A DNA stretch of 64,000 nucleotides from Octopus sinensis (lineage: Eukaryota). Where the stretch lies: contig NC_042997.1 in assembly GCF_006345805.1 (NCBI RefSeq), forward strand, positions 50,902,001-50,966,000, in the 5' to 3' direction. The position numbers and the translations under genes were made by a program. Shown here one piece after another: positions 12,793 through 26,591 of the stretch; position 1 is the first letter of the stretch; every line of letters starts with the position of its first letter. Under the pieces are notes generated by a model, which saw nothing but the letters and a program-made list of their open reading frames with translations, did not search any database and was not told where the DNA came from.

Positions 12793-14225
12793 TTACGAGG
12801 TTGGCAAAAGGAAGGGCGTCCAACCATAGAAATCATGCCACAACAGACAACTGGAATCTGGACAACTCCCAGCTGGCCAGCTCCATTTCAAACCATCCAG
12901 CCTACGCCAGCATGGAAAATGGATGTTAAACAATGATGATGATGATGATGAATATCTTTAATTCAAGTAGGCAGTGATGTACTGAGTGATATAGTTTCCC
13001 TTTTTACTTGTTTCAGCTGTTGGACTGTGACCATGCTGGGTACAGCCTTGAAGGGTTTAGTTGAACAAATTGACCCCAGTACTGATTTTTTTTTTCTAAG
13101 CTTGCTCTACTCTAAACCCCTTCTCTTATAATTTTACCCATTTTTTGCTCCTCATGCCCTCGGATAAATTTGCTTTCATGGGGTTCATAGTTTTAAAAAC
13201 TGTGACGGCCTCACTAGCCCTAGTGGCATGGAAAAGGCATCCTGTACATACTATAAAGTGGTTTGCATTAGGAAGGGTATCCAACCATAGAAACTATGCC
13301 TAATCACACACAAGAGTATAATGCAGTCCTTAGGCCCATCAGATACTGTTAAATCAGCTAACTCTTATCAGCACCTCATCCGACGACAGGCACCCATGCC
13401 AACCTCCCTTCGTTGGACACTAAACTCTGCTTGTGAAGACCTGTTGGGGCAAGTGAAATCGGAATCGAAATTGAACCAATCCTATGACTGGCACCCGGCA
13501 GTTGCCAGGACCGCTGGACTGACTCCGGTGCAGGTGGCAAGTGAAGAAACATCATTTCGAACCTGTGCTTGAGGAGATCCATTGAGTCAAGTACACCAAC
13601 ATCAAAATCAATGGAAACTGCAGCTGTGATCTCTGTGCTGGTGGCACGTAAAAAGCACCATCTGAACGTGGCCGATGCCAGCGCCACCTTAACTGGCTTC
13701 CGTGCTGGTGGCACGTAAAAAGCACTATCCAATCGTGGCCGATGCCAGCGCCACCTTGACTGGCTTCCATGCCGGTGGCACATAAAATGCACCAATCCGA
13801 TCGTGGCCATTGCCAGCCTCGCCTGGCACCTGTGCAGGCGGCACATAAAAAGCACCCACTACACTCACAGAGTGGTTGGCGTTAGGAAGGGCATCTAACT
13901 GTCAGATCAAACTGGGCCTGGTGCAGCCTTCTGGCTTCCCAGACCGCAGTTGAACCGTCCAACCCATGCTAGCATGGAGAACAGACGTTAAACAATGATG
14001 ATGATCATCATCATCCTTGTCCTCATTTAACATCTAGTTTTCATTCCGGTATGGGTTGGATGGTTTGACAGGATCCAGCGAACTGTAAGGAAATAATGTG
14101 GTCAGGGATGATAATGAGAAATGAAAGCGATTCTAGAGATGCAAGGATGTACTATGTGCCTTAATCACCCTACTCTTTAAACTGGTGTGCTTACTAGCTG
14201 TACTATCCGCACTCTTTACTCTGTA

Positions 14226-14434
14226 CTCTTTTACTTGTTTCAGTCATTTGACTGCGGCCATGCTGGAGCACCACCTTTAATCGAGCAACTCGACCCCAGG
14301 ACTTATTCTTTTGTAAGCCCAGTACTTATTCTATCGGTCTCTTTTGCCGAACCGCTAAGTAACGGGGACATAAACATACTAGCATCGGTTGTCAAGCAAT
14401 GCTAGGGGGACAAACAGACACACATATATATATA

Positions 14435-14465
<31 letters not shown>

Positions 14466-14629
14466 CGACGGGCTTCTTTCAGTTTCCGTCTACCAAATCC
14501 ACTCACAAGGCTTTGGTCGGCCTGAGGCTATAGTAGAAGACACTTGCCCAAGGTGCCACGCAGTGGGACTGAACTCGGAACCATGTGGTTGGTAAACAAG
14601 CTACTTACCACACAGCCACTCCTGCGCCT
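14226..14629 (-). mobile_element. SINE family A, full length
   Basis: Reverse complement of the 5383-5780 structure. Confidence 0.85.
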
Positions 14630-14799
14630 GTAATTAATCATACAAGAAAAATGTTATGAAAGCCCCTGGCAATCTATGCAATGGATGATCCCAGCCCCTC
14701 TGCATTGTTGAATGATTAATACAGAGTAAGGTATCCGGCCGGAAAACAATTTCATTAATAATTAAAAAACATACCAACAAAGCAATCTAACTGATTTTA

Positions 14800-14850
14800 A
14801 TAATAAAACAACGCACACACAAACACGCATACACAGATACATATACACAG

Positions 14851-14893
<43 letters not shown>

Positions 14894-14898
14894 TATAC

Positions 14899-14953
<55 letters not shown>

Positions 14954-15265
14954 CATATACATGCATACACACACATACAAACACGCATACACAGATACAT
15001 ATACACAGATATATATATACATACAGATATATATACATACAGATATATATATAATATATATATATATACATATACATGCATACACACACAAACACGCATA
15101 CACAGATACATATACACAGATACACATACATACAGATATATATGCATACACAGATACATATATACAGATATACATACATACAGATATATATATATATATA
15201 CATGCATATACACACACACACAAACACGCAGACACAGATACATATATACAGATATATATACATAC

Positions 15266-15307
<42 letters not shown>

Positions 15308-15330
15308 GCATACACACACATATATATATA
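14800..15330. repeat. Compound (TA)n/(CA)n/ACAGAT microsatellite
   Basis: Direct reading. Confidence 0.95.
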
Positions 15331-16314
15331 GCAAAGATATTATAAATACAGGCTTTTGCACCAACAAAAAGGAGAAAAATCACAGAGATTACTTGTTTAA
15401 ACAATCAGGGTCAGTTCTCGATATACAAATCAGAGGTAAAACTCAATAGGCTATGAGTCAATGATGGTGACTGTACATGGTCACTTGCCAAGCTAGAAAT
15501 AGCACCTAAATCTCCCTCAACGCACATCCTATTACCTTTAAAAAGAGCACTTGTTACACTAAATTAAAGGGTAGTCATACCTGCCTTTGATTATAGGCCT
15601 ACTTTAACATGATTGATCTGAGATTAAAAAACAACACCTCTAAAGGCTACAACTAAGGTTTTATAACAACACAAGCCCTAAGTACAATAAGCAGAATGAA
15701 CCAGTGGCTCTCAACCTGGGTCCTTATGACTCTTGGAGATCTATATAAGATTTTGTTGTTAAAATTCATCTGCAATGAATTGGTTTACACTTCTACAATA
15801 CACAAATTTTTTTTTAAATTTTGCTTATCCATCATCACCATCACCATCATCATCATTTAATGTCTGTTTTCCCTGCTGGTATGGGTTATACAGTTTGACT
15901 GGAACTGATAAGCCAGAGAGCTGTACCATGTTCCAGTCTGATTTGGCATGATTTCTACAGCTGGATGCCCTTCCTAATACCAACCACTCTGAGAGTGTAA
16001 TAGGTACTTAATTACAAAAATATATCAATTTTTAAATATCAAATGGCTTGCAGATTCCATCTGAGTAAAATAGGAATGAAAGGGTCCATAGATAAAAAAA
16101 GAAAAAAGGTTGAAAAACACTGATCTAACCAGCCATTCAACCTGCTAGAAACAGCAGCCAAATACTATTTCATCGTACCAAGTTATCTTGAAAAAGATAG
16201 CCACAGCTATCTTATGTCAGCTCAATAAACTTTGGTCCAAGGTTAAATCATAAACAAAGAATAGAAGCACCAGGCTATGACAACACTTGAAAGCAACCCA
16301 GAATCAAACATTCT

Positions 16315-16652
16315 GGCGCAGGAGTGGCTGTGTGGTAAGTAGCTTGCTTACCAACCACATGGTTCTGGGTTCAGTTCCACTGTGTGGCACCTTGGGCAAG
16401 TGTCTTCTACTATAGCCTCAGGCTGACCAAACTCCATAGTATATATATGTTTGTGTGTCTGTTGTGTTTGTCCCCCCAACATCGCTTGACAACCAATGCT
16501 GGTGTGTTTATGTCCCCATAACTTAGTGGTTCAGCAAAAGACTGATAGAATAAGTACTAGGCTTACAACGAATAAGTCCTGGCGTCGATTTGCTCGACTA
16601 AAGGTGGTGCTCCAGCATGGCCACAGTCACATGACTAAAACAAGTAAAAGAG
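16315..16652 (+). mobile_element. SINE family A, internally deleted
   Basis: Head and tail match family A. Confidence 0.8.
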
Positions 16653-17094
16653 CAATATGTAGTTCTAGTGTCTCACAGGTAGATACTCTTGGCAGAGTAC
16701 ATGTGGATAAAAAACAGCATCATCATCATCATCATTGTTTTGATGGCCACTTCTGTATGCCCACATAAAATTTGTTGTGGCAGATTTTCAATGGCCAGAT
16801 GCCCTTCTTGTCACCAACACTCACCTACTTCCAAGTAAGAAATTATTTCCGCATGGTTAAGCATGACTGGAAATGAAGGACATTTGCTTGCATGATGGTA
16901 ACACTTGCTTACAACTAGCATATGATGCCATGGCACAGAAACAGTAACACATACACACACACATTCATCCCCACTTAAAGATGGTTGTTCTGTTAGAACA
17001 AATTATACTGTGGTAAATACAAAGAGAGGAACTCTCATATTGGTTTTTGGTGCAAAATGCACTCTTGTTTATATTGCTAGCAGGGAGATAAAAT

Positions 17095-17480
17095 AATAAT
17101 AATAATAATAATAATGAAATTATTGTATACAGTGCTCAGGTGCACAACAACTTGTCAAAAGTGTGTATAAAGCATATGCAGTAATGTACAAATGTCTGGG
17201 GAGTGAACAGTGTATGAGTCAGATACATGTTTGCATGTGCACGGAGGGGAGAAAATCAGGTGTAGTGTTGGCGAATCTCAGGAAGCATGGAAGTTTTGAA
17301 GGATGCAGTGCTCCGACAACTAACAGCTGATGCCGGCAGTTTGTTCTCTTAGCACGAAAAAATGTTTCTGAAAGTCATGGGAGCTGCTGTGCTGTTTTCT
17401 GACTTTGTAAACATGTCCACGGGTGTAAATCCCTGCCATCTCCAGAGCCGAGACCAGCAGATCACATAATTTCAACCTTC
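17095..17480 (-). mobile_element. Degenerate LINE 3' end with (TAT)n tail
   Basis: (AAT)n on the plus strand followed by decayed LINE-like C-terminal coding sequence; clade uncertain. Confidence 0.4.
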
Positions 17481-18441
17481 CTTGGTCTTATCAGTGATGG
17501 ATGCTCAACTGCTATATATTTATATATACATATGAAAATGTTCTTTCAGTCTCCATTTACCAAATTCACTCACTAAGCTTTTAGTTGGCCTAGGGCTATA
17601 GAAGAAGATACTTGCCCAATCTGACGAACATAAAAGACATCGACCACTGCACACTGGAGACACACAGCTGCACATGTGATGCGAACTGATGACACACGCT
17701 AGGTGAAGAATGCTGTCTGCTGGCCGGGATTCTGTGTCCCACATCACCTGATCAAGCAGATCTGTGATCAGAGACATTCCAACTACAACTATCCCATTTG
17801 TTTTTCAGGAAGTATTTCTACCGCTCAGTGGTTACTGTGTCAGGCTCAGAATCATGAGGTAGTGATTTCGATTCTTGCACTAGGCTGTGTTTTGTGTTCT
17901 TGAGGAAGACACATTATTAAACATTGCTCCAGTTCACTCAACTGTAGAAATGAGTTGCGACATCACTGGTGCCAAGCTGTATTGGCCTTTGCCTTTTCAT
18001 TGGTGTGAACAGGGGAGGTTGGTATGCATGGGCAATTGCCGACCTTCCACAAACAACCTTGCCCAGACTTGTGCCTCAGAGGGGAAATTCCTATGTGCAA
18101 TCCCATGGTCATTCATGACTGAGGGGGGTCTTTACCCTATTTACCCTTCCTAGAACTACATTATCCAATATCTCCTTTTTTTTTATGACAATAGGATACG
18201 AGTTGCTAGAGACCTAACTGCTAGTTCTTGTAAGTCAAGCTACCATGTAGAGGTTTTTTTCATTAGCTTGTGTGTTCACATGGAATTAAACCTATGACAA
18301 GAGATAATCAAGAAGAACATGGTAAGGTTAGCTGCCAGGATGTGGGTTTCACAAATAAGAGCCACTTCATTGAAAGGAGCTTTATGTTGTGTTGTAAAAC
18401 CATTCAACCAATGTTAGCATAATAAAACAGAGATTAAAGCT

Positions 18442-18753
18442 GTGATGGTGGTGGTGGTGATAATAAAGACAACAATGATGATGGTTGTGGTGGTGGTGGT
18501 GGTGGTGATGGTGGTGGTGGTGGTGTGGTGGTGGTGGTGGTGGTTGGTGGTGGTGGTGGTGGTGGTGGTGGTGATGGTGGTGGTGGTGGTGGTGGTGGTG
18601 GTGATGGTGGTGGTTGTGGTGGTGGTGGTGGTGGTGATGGTGGTGGTGGTGGTGGTGGTGGTGGTGGTGGTTGTGGTGGTGGTGGTTGTGGTGGTGGTGG
18701 TGGTGGTGGTGGTGGTGGTGGTGGTGGTGGTGGTGGTGGTGGTGGTGGTGGTG
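18442..18753. repeat. (GGT)n microsatellite, ~310 bp
   Basis: Direct reading; gives the poly-H/T/P/V/G ORFs. Confidence 0.97.
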
Positions 18754-19002
18754 ATGCTGCTGATTGTCCAATAAACGGAAGCACTTAAAGCTGGCATGGT
18801 ACCAGTTGTCCAGCCGCTCAAACCAAAGTGATTTGGCATAAGACGATGGAAATGGAGATTTGTAACTGGGTTTGAACTCAGACACAGAATTCATTGGACT
18901 ACATTGTTGCCCTTGGTTACGACAAGTTAAGTCAGCTCCAGCCACTTGAGAGAACATTATTTACAACAGAATGAAAGGCAAAAACATAAACCTCCATCTC
19001 AC

Positions 19003-19067
19003 CTCGGCAACCAGTCCAAGGTCTCCTTTCTCCTGGACGTCATTCTTTATCTTATCCACACTGCGTC
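19003..19067 (-). CDS. LIG1: LIG1 exon (G|RSVDKIKNDVQEKGDLGLVAE)
   Basis: tttag acceptor, gtgaga donor, 65 nt; GDLG motif. Confidence 0.95.
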
Positions 19068-20164
19068 CTAAATAAAAGAACAAGAATTAACATTAAAAAG
19101 CAGCAGACAGGAGTAATAATCAAAAGGAGGAGGACAGAAAACTACCACTATTACTGCTGCTACTACTACTACTACAAGTAGAATAACAATGAATAGAAAA
19201 ATGTCGCCATCATTATTAGAAAATAGTCATAATTTTCTACTGAGATAATCCAAGTTAATATACGAGGCTTATAGTGTTTTAGACAATAAACTACTTATGG
19301 TGCTCAATTTGCTAAGGTGGTGGTGGTCTTCGTTGTCATCATCATCATCATCATGTAATGTCCACTTTTCCCATCTTGCATGAGTCAGATGGAGTTTATT
19401 TGCAGTAAATTTTCCATGGTCAGACACCGTTCCTGTAGCCAATCCTCACCTGTTTTCAAGCGAAATAATATTTCCCAATTGCTAGAGATGCCCTTTTGCA
19501 GAATATTGGAAATGTGTGTTACTGCTTGTATGACAGTGACACTTGTTCACAACTATCACAAAACATCAAAACAAGGAGGCACACACACACACACATAAAA
19601 CAGGCTTCTTTCAGTTTCTATCCACAAAATCTACTTACAAGGCTTTGGTTGGCCCAAGGTTATAGTAGAAGACAACTGCTCAAGGTACTACACCATGGAA
19701 TTAAACCTAGGACCATATGGTTGGGAAGCAAAATTCTTACTATACAACCATGCTTGCATCTAAAGAGAGAACTGTAAATTAAACTTAATGGTGGGGGGCT
19801 GGGGGAAGGGGAGGTAGACGAGGGGAAAGGGCTGGAGGAGGTCCACAACATTTTGCTTTGGGCATGAAGCTGGATGAATCACAGCCAGTACTTGTAGCTC
19901 TTTATTTATTTATCCATTCATTTTGATTCTACTAAGATGAAAGACAACACTGACTCTAGCAGGATTCGAACGCATAATCTAGAAGACAATTTCCTTTCCT
20001 GTATCTGCAACGGCCTCTACTCTCCTCATCTATCTGCATATCCTCTCCACCACATTCACCCATCCAATCTGCTTCTCTTCCTCTTCATGTCAACTTCAAA
20101 GTGTCTCACTTTCAAGACACCACGTAAAATACTTTCACGGTTTTTTATTTTCCGGGAATGTCTG

Positions 20165-21156
20165 TAGCGGGGGTGGTTGCTCTGAGAGAGTAAGCAGCTA
20201 GAATAAAGAGTAGTCTGGGCAAAGTTCAGAGAGCTCCTACTTCTGCTGGCAACTAAGGGGCTCTCGCTCAGGATGAAAGGCAGACTGTATGATGCATGTG
20301 TGTGAACTGCCATGCTACACGGCAGTGAAACATGGGCCGTGACTGCTGAGGAGATGCATAGGCTTGAAAGAAATGAAACTGGTATGATCTGCAGGATGTG
20401 TAATGTCCATGTGCATACATTGACAGAGTGTAAGCGCCCTGATAGAAAAGTTGGGCATAAGAAGCATCAAATGTGGTGTGCAAGTGAGACAATTGCACTC
20501 GTATGGTCATGTGCTACATATGGATGAGGAGCCACTCCCTAACTGTGGAGGGAACCTGTGGAAGAGGTACACCTAGGAAGACATGGGATGAAGCGGTGAA
20601 GCATGACCTTCGAACATTGGGTTTCACAGAGGTAATAACAGGAGACCGAGACTTTTGGAGATATGCTGTGATTGAGAAGACTCGGCAACTAAAGTGAGAT
20701 CGCAGCCATGCATGTCCGACCCAGTTAAGAGTATCCCGGATGCGTCGAGCAATGTGATATGCTTGAGAAGACCTGTTGAGTCAAGTAAAACCAATATCGT
20801 AGCTGTGGCCAGTACCCCTTGACTGGCTCCCATGCCGATGGCACATAAAACGCACCATCTGAACATGGCTGATGCCAGTACCCCCAACTGGTTCCAGTGC
20901 CAGTGGCATATAAAAAGCACTATCCAAAAGTAATTGATGCCAAGTCCGCCTGACTGGCTCCTGTGCTGGTGGCACATAAAAAGCACCCACTACACTCTCA
21001 GAGTGGTTGGCGCTAGGAAAGGCATCCAGCTGTAGAAACCTTGCCAGATCAGATTGGAGCCTGGTGCAGCTGCTGGCTCTCCAGACCTCAGTCAAACCGT
21101 CCAGCCCATGCCAACATGGAAAATGAACGTTAAATGATGATGATGTTGATGATGAT
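20165..21156 (+). mobile_element. 5'-truncated RTE-clade LINE 3' end (ORF C-terminus, 3' UTR, (GAT)n tail)
   Basis: MLHGSETW, LVWSC/GHV-like and GRGTPRKTW motifs followed by the recurrent 3' UTR and a gat-repeat tail. Confidence 0.85.
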
Positions 21157-21718
21157 AATCCTTAGGAATTCTTTTTTACCCATGCTTTTCCTACAAACAT
21201 TGATCTACAAATGCTTAAGCTGAACATCAGCCACATTAATCTCACCAGTGTGGAAGGGCTTGTACTGGTCAGTAACACCTGACGCTCCTTTACTGCTAAT
21301 TCATCATCATCTGTTAACGTCTGTTTTCCAAGCTGGCATGGGTTGGACAGCTTGACATGGGCTGGCAAGGCCAGAGGCCACACCAGGTCCTGTAGTCTGA
21401 TTTTGGCTTGGTTTCTATAGCTGGATGCCCACTCTAACAGCAACCACTTCACAGAGTGTTCAAGATACAAGGTGCATTACCAGTGTTTTTTTTTTTTGGC
21501 ACCAGTACTTTTAATGTGTCGCCAACACTAGTGCTTTTTACATGGCACCAGTGCTTTTAACATTGCACCAGCACCCATGCTTTTAATGTAGCACCAAAAC
21601 CTGTGCTTTTTACGTGGTACCTGTACCAGTGCTTTTAACGAGTCACTTGCATCAGTGGCTTTTAAGTGATACAAAAACTAAAAAAAAACACTTCTTGGAA
21701 AATAGGAGCAGAACTTAC

Positions 21719-21891
21719 CTGTGGCTTGTGCTATTGCTTTCATCAAGACCATCTCCCCAATACCAAGTTCAATTCCTTCATAGGCTGGAGCCAATTTGTT
21801 CAGACAAAGGTACACACAACAGAGCAGGTCATCAGGTGACAGTAATATTACGGAACGAAAAAAGTTAGACAATATTTCAATCATTTTTAAC
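21719..21891 (-). CDS. LIG1: LIG1 exon (R|[57 protein letters not shown]|G)
   Basis: tttacag acceptor, gtaagt donor, 173 nt; ELGIG motif. Confidence 0.97.
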
Positions 21892-23616
21892 CTGTAAAAG
21901 GAAAATAACAAGCAAAATAATTATTATGCAAAATTTTTGTAATCCCAATTCAAACTATGAATAAATAATGTCATCAAATGCTATTGCCTAATCAGACTGG
22001 AATGGTGATTTAAAAAATTTTTTTTCTAATAGGTGATAGGGCCATGAGGTAAAGAAATTTGCTTCCCAACTACATGGTCTCAGGTTCATTCCTAATGTGC
22101 AGAACCTTGGACAAATGTCTTGTATTGTAAGTTCCAGGCCAACCAAAGTCGTATGGGTAGATTTAGTAGATGGAAACTGAAAGAAGCCCACTATGTGTGT
22201 GTGTACCCTTGTCTTGACATCATGTAAGCAAACATCACCATCATACAAGTGACGTTGTTTGTTTCCAATGTGCTGCGAAAAACACATCTGGCCTTGGGAA
22301 AATATTACATTGCTTGGAAACAGGAGGAGGAGGCTGATGAAAGGAAGAGCATCTGGCTGTAGGAAATCTGCTTCAGTAAACTCTGACTGACTCCATGCAA
22401 ACATGGAAAAGGGTGTGTTAAATGGGGCTATGTTATCAAGGAGAATGAATGACGCAAATTAAAACCATGACGACAAGCGTCACCCCAGCAACAACTTCCA
22501 CTCATCTGCGACATCTTCACAAGGTAAGAGGGAATGCATATGGCCAAATACAAGAGTTAACAGAGCAAACAACCAAGAGGTCAGCATATTGTGCTCTGTC
22601 ACTCTAACATTTGAGATCTGTAGGTCAAAGTGCATATCTCTCAAATGTGTAATTATTATAACAAAAGTAAATAACACTAAATGGCTGGGCCCTACAAAAC
22701 CCCTGAATGAAGGATTTGATGGTATGTCTCAGAATGCTTTCCCTAATGGGAGTTGCACAATTTCCAAGTTATAGAGACTAATTGAAGCTCTGAGACAGGA
22801 AGGCAATACTCAGGAAATGACAGCTTGTAAATAAATGAGTAAACATCTATGTGTAATCGACTTAACTGTATTCAACCTATCTGGCCAGGTGAAAGCAACA
22901 CGACAAAAGATGAAAATCAATAAGAAAATCAATCTACATTCATAATATAAACCAATAATCGTTATAACATTAATAAATTTCATCCAAATTCATGGAATTG
23001 TTACGTATTTTTATGTTTTGCACACTAGATTAACTGTATTTCATTCATCTTAAGTTTTTAACAGAACTGGCCAACTTATACAGAGAAAGCATCACAGGAG
23101 ATTAAGAATTAAATGTGGTAACTCACTTCACTATTGCTTTATAATGCAGATGATATATATGAGTAACTTGTTTAAGTAAATTATTCCCTAAATTAGAAAA
23201 GTTTGTTCACAAGATTCAAGTACTGAAACTTTATGAGAATCATTTTCTGATTTGCCGACAGAGTGAAGCACATATGTTTATTAAAAGAGATGATTCTAAA
23301 ATTCAAAGGGCTAATAAAGTTATATATGTTCATTAAATTAGTTACCACTCTTCACAATATACACCTATTTTGCATATACTTCACATCATTTTGCTTTACT
23401 TAACTTTTATATACAGGAGGGAGTCATTCTGAATTTACTGTTGACAGATAAGAAGTGGGGAAAACATCCATTGTTATAAATAAAATTCTCAGCTCCAAAC
23501 TTATTCCATCCTAACTTATTGAGGTAAAACAAATAATGTAAAAGTGCAACAACAATTATAATAATTATAAAAGCAACCAGTCAGTATAGGAATATTAATA
23601 GAAAAAACTTTCTTAC

Positions 23617-23673
23617 CTTGCAGATACATTTTCAATTTCTTCAAATGTTTTTGCCAGAGCCAAATAAGGGACC
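23617..23673 (-). CDS. LIG1: LIG1 exon (K|VPYLALAKTFEEIENVSA|R)
   Basis: tttttag acceptor, gtaaga donor, 57 nt; VPY.A.A.TF motif. Confidence 0.95.
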
Positions 23674-25186
23674 CTAAAAATGATTAAGAAATTTTGTGAA
23701 ATTATAATCATTCTGAAGTGGGGGCACATAGCTTAATAAGATTGTGGTTTTCATTCCTGGACTGAGCAATTCGTTGTGTTCCTGAACAACAAACTTCATT
23801 TCACATTACTCCAGTCCAAACAGCTTGTACAAATGAGTAATCTTGTAAAAAACCGGGCATCTGGCTCTATACTCCTTACAGAATAACATGGACTAATCAC
23901 AAGTGTTCTGAGAAAAACTGAGAGAGCTTGTTGTTCAACCCTTCAGCATTCAAACAGGCTATATTAGGCCCCCAAATATTCTGCATGTTTAATGCTCAAG
24001 CTAGCCAGATCAGACCTCTTACTCTTACCTAACAATGCCAGTCTAAAAATAAACAATGACATTATATTAATCTCGACGTGACAAGATAACGTATCATCAA
24101 TTCAAAGCAATATGAATAAATAAACATTATATTTGATTAATCTGGATGCTAAATCATTAAGCTAAAAGATTCAGTTTGATGTACATGGTTCAAATATATA
24201 ATGACAAAGGATCCACATGTATATTTGTAGCAAACAACATGACCATGTGGTAAGAAGTTTGCTTTCCAAACAAATTCATTTCAAGTTTAGTCCCACGGCG
24301 AGCTACCTTAGGTAAGTATCTTCCGCTAAAGTTCCAGACCAAAACAAAGCCTTACAAGTGGATTTGATTAGTGAAACTAAGAAACCTATTGTGTGTGTGT
24401 GTGTGTGTGTGTGTGTATTACAAGCCAGGTGGAATCGTAGCAAATATTGGTGTCATGCAACTGGCCAGTGGCATGTAAAAACACCCACTACACTCTTGGA
24501 ATGGTTGACGTTAGGAAGGGCATCCAGCTGTAGAAACCATGCCAAATCAGACTGGAGTCTGGTGCAGCCCCTCAGTTTACCAGCCCTGGTCAAACTATCC
24601 AACCCATGCCAGCATGGACGACAGACATTAAATGACGATGATGATGATGATGATGAACTTAGAATACTTTCATGAAATGAACAAAGATAAGGTTGTTGCT
24701 TTAGTCACACTGAAGATAAATCAGGTGGTTTTGTTGAATTAATGAGATTCAGTTGTCTTGGAGATGCTCTTTTGCACATAATAAAAAATGCAACATTTTT
24801 AGAGAAATAAACCTGTCAAAATAAATTGCTTATACACAATAACATTGAATAAAAGGTGATCTGATGTGGTGCTTTAACACTTCTGTTGCCATATTTCTGT
24901 TAAAAATCCACTTCTTGTGTTTTAATTAACTTTGAAAATAATGACAACTTTAGTAAAATAATTTTTGTCTTTATTAAGCTGGAATTTGGAAGAAATAAAC
25001 ATAAAATTTTGATGAAAGCTTTTAACTTAGATCACTTTAACCCTTTTGTTGCCATATTGCCAATGAAATATACTATCTTTGTTTAACTTAATTTTGGAAG
25101 TATTGAAGAATTTTAACTGTCATTATTAAACAGCTATTTCAAACATAAAGATGGAATTTTGATGGAAGATTTTAATTTAAACCACT

Positions 25187-25218
<32 letters not shown>

Positions 25219-26225
25219 TTAACGTCCGTTTTCCATGCTAGCACAGGTTGGACAGTTCAACCGGGGTCTGGGAAGCCAGGAGGCTGCACCAGGCTCCAGT
25301 CTGATCTGGCAGTGTTTCTACAGCTGGATGCCCTTCCTAACGCCAACCACTCTGTGAGTGTAGTGGCTGCTTTTTACGTGCCACTGGCACAGGTGCCAGG
25401 GGAGGCTGGCAGCAGCCATGATCGGTTGGTGCTTTTTACATGCCACCAACACAGAAGCCAGTCAAGGCAGCGCTGACATTGGCCACGTTTGGATGGTGCT
25501 TTTTACGTGCCACCGGCATAGGTATCACAACTACAATTTCCATTTGATATTTATTTTGATGTTGATGTACTTGACTCATTAGGTCTCCTCAAGCACAGCA
25601 GGTCACCCTATGATCCAAAGTAAGCACAGCAGGTCGTTCTGCAATCCAAGGTACTTTGGATGGGCTGGGGCTATGCGAAACTTTAGAGTAAGAAATTTCT
25701 ATCATAAAACTAGGAGTAGATTTCATGCTAGTTGGTATCAAAGGGGTTAAAACAGGGAATTTTTATCATAAAACTAGGGGTAGTCTCAGGCAAGATAGTA
25801 TCATAAGGGATAAGCTAGCAAAGCAAACAAAACACAAAAACCTTGGAGAATGTCAGATATTTGCCAAAGTAGATCATTAATTCTCTCATATTCTATAGTT
25901 TCATAGTGTTTTTATGGGTAGCCCTATTTCAGAATGTATCAAGGACAATTCTAAGTTCATAAGGAAAACTGTATCTGTACCAAATTCTTAACAGAACTGA
26001 GGAAAATGAGGGAATGTAACATTGGGATTTTAAGACTGTTTTAATTTGAATAGAAAGCAAATGGCTTGATGGCTTCCCTATCTAGGTTGAAATTATGTAG
26101 GGTTAACCTTGCAATTCTCAAACTTTGGAGTGGTAACATATCTGAATGAGTGAGAGGCAAAATCTAGAATGCATGATTGAATTAATTGGTATTATGTAGG
26201 GAAAAACACATTCAGATGTAAATAG

Positions 26226-26591
26226 AACTAGCACTATGACCCGGTGTTGCCAGGTCATAGTGCTAGTGCATGCATATACAGCTGCGTGTGTGCGCACATA
26301 CACGCGGGTACTGTCCAAATCTCTGACCAATCACATACAGCTAGCTGGCATTCAATTGGCGTATCAAGTTTCGGGCATTTTGATTGGGTTTTGGATAGAA
26401 AATTCACAAAAAGTCACTTCTATTGATCTTTTAATGGCTTTGCAAGGTAACTGGGGAAATGTAAAGATGTGCACGACCACCCTTGGACGGTTTTGAATGA
26501 CCATAGAAAGTACGAGCCCTCTAACTGAAAAATTGTGGATTTGTATAAAGGATACACACACAGACATTTTGCCGTTTATATATAGAGAGAT
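26226..26591 (+). mobile_element. Probable Helentron-associated non-autonomous (HINE/DINE-like) element
   Basis: Starts aactag with a 14-bp perfect inverted repeat (26228-26241/26253-26266) and ends acagacattttgccgtttatatatagagagat; family assignment is inference. Confidence 0.45.

Noticed and set aside
14762-15449. Long Y/I/V/C-rich ORFs here and at 47645-48157, 53722-54109, 55036-55931, 58927-59324, 60372-60644
   Set aside because: Translations of (TA)n/(CA)n microsatellites.
18382-18957. Poly-His/Thr/Pro/Val/Gly ORFs
   Set aside because: Frames of the (GGT)n microsatellite.
23215-23300. Possible intronic C/D snoRNA (terminal stem, CTGA, ATGA)
   Set aside because: Boxes are incomplete and in the wrong order for either strand.
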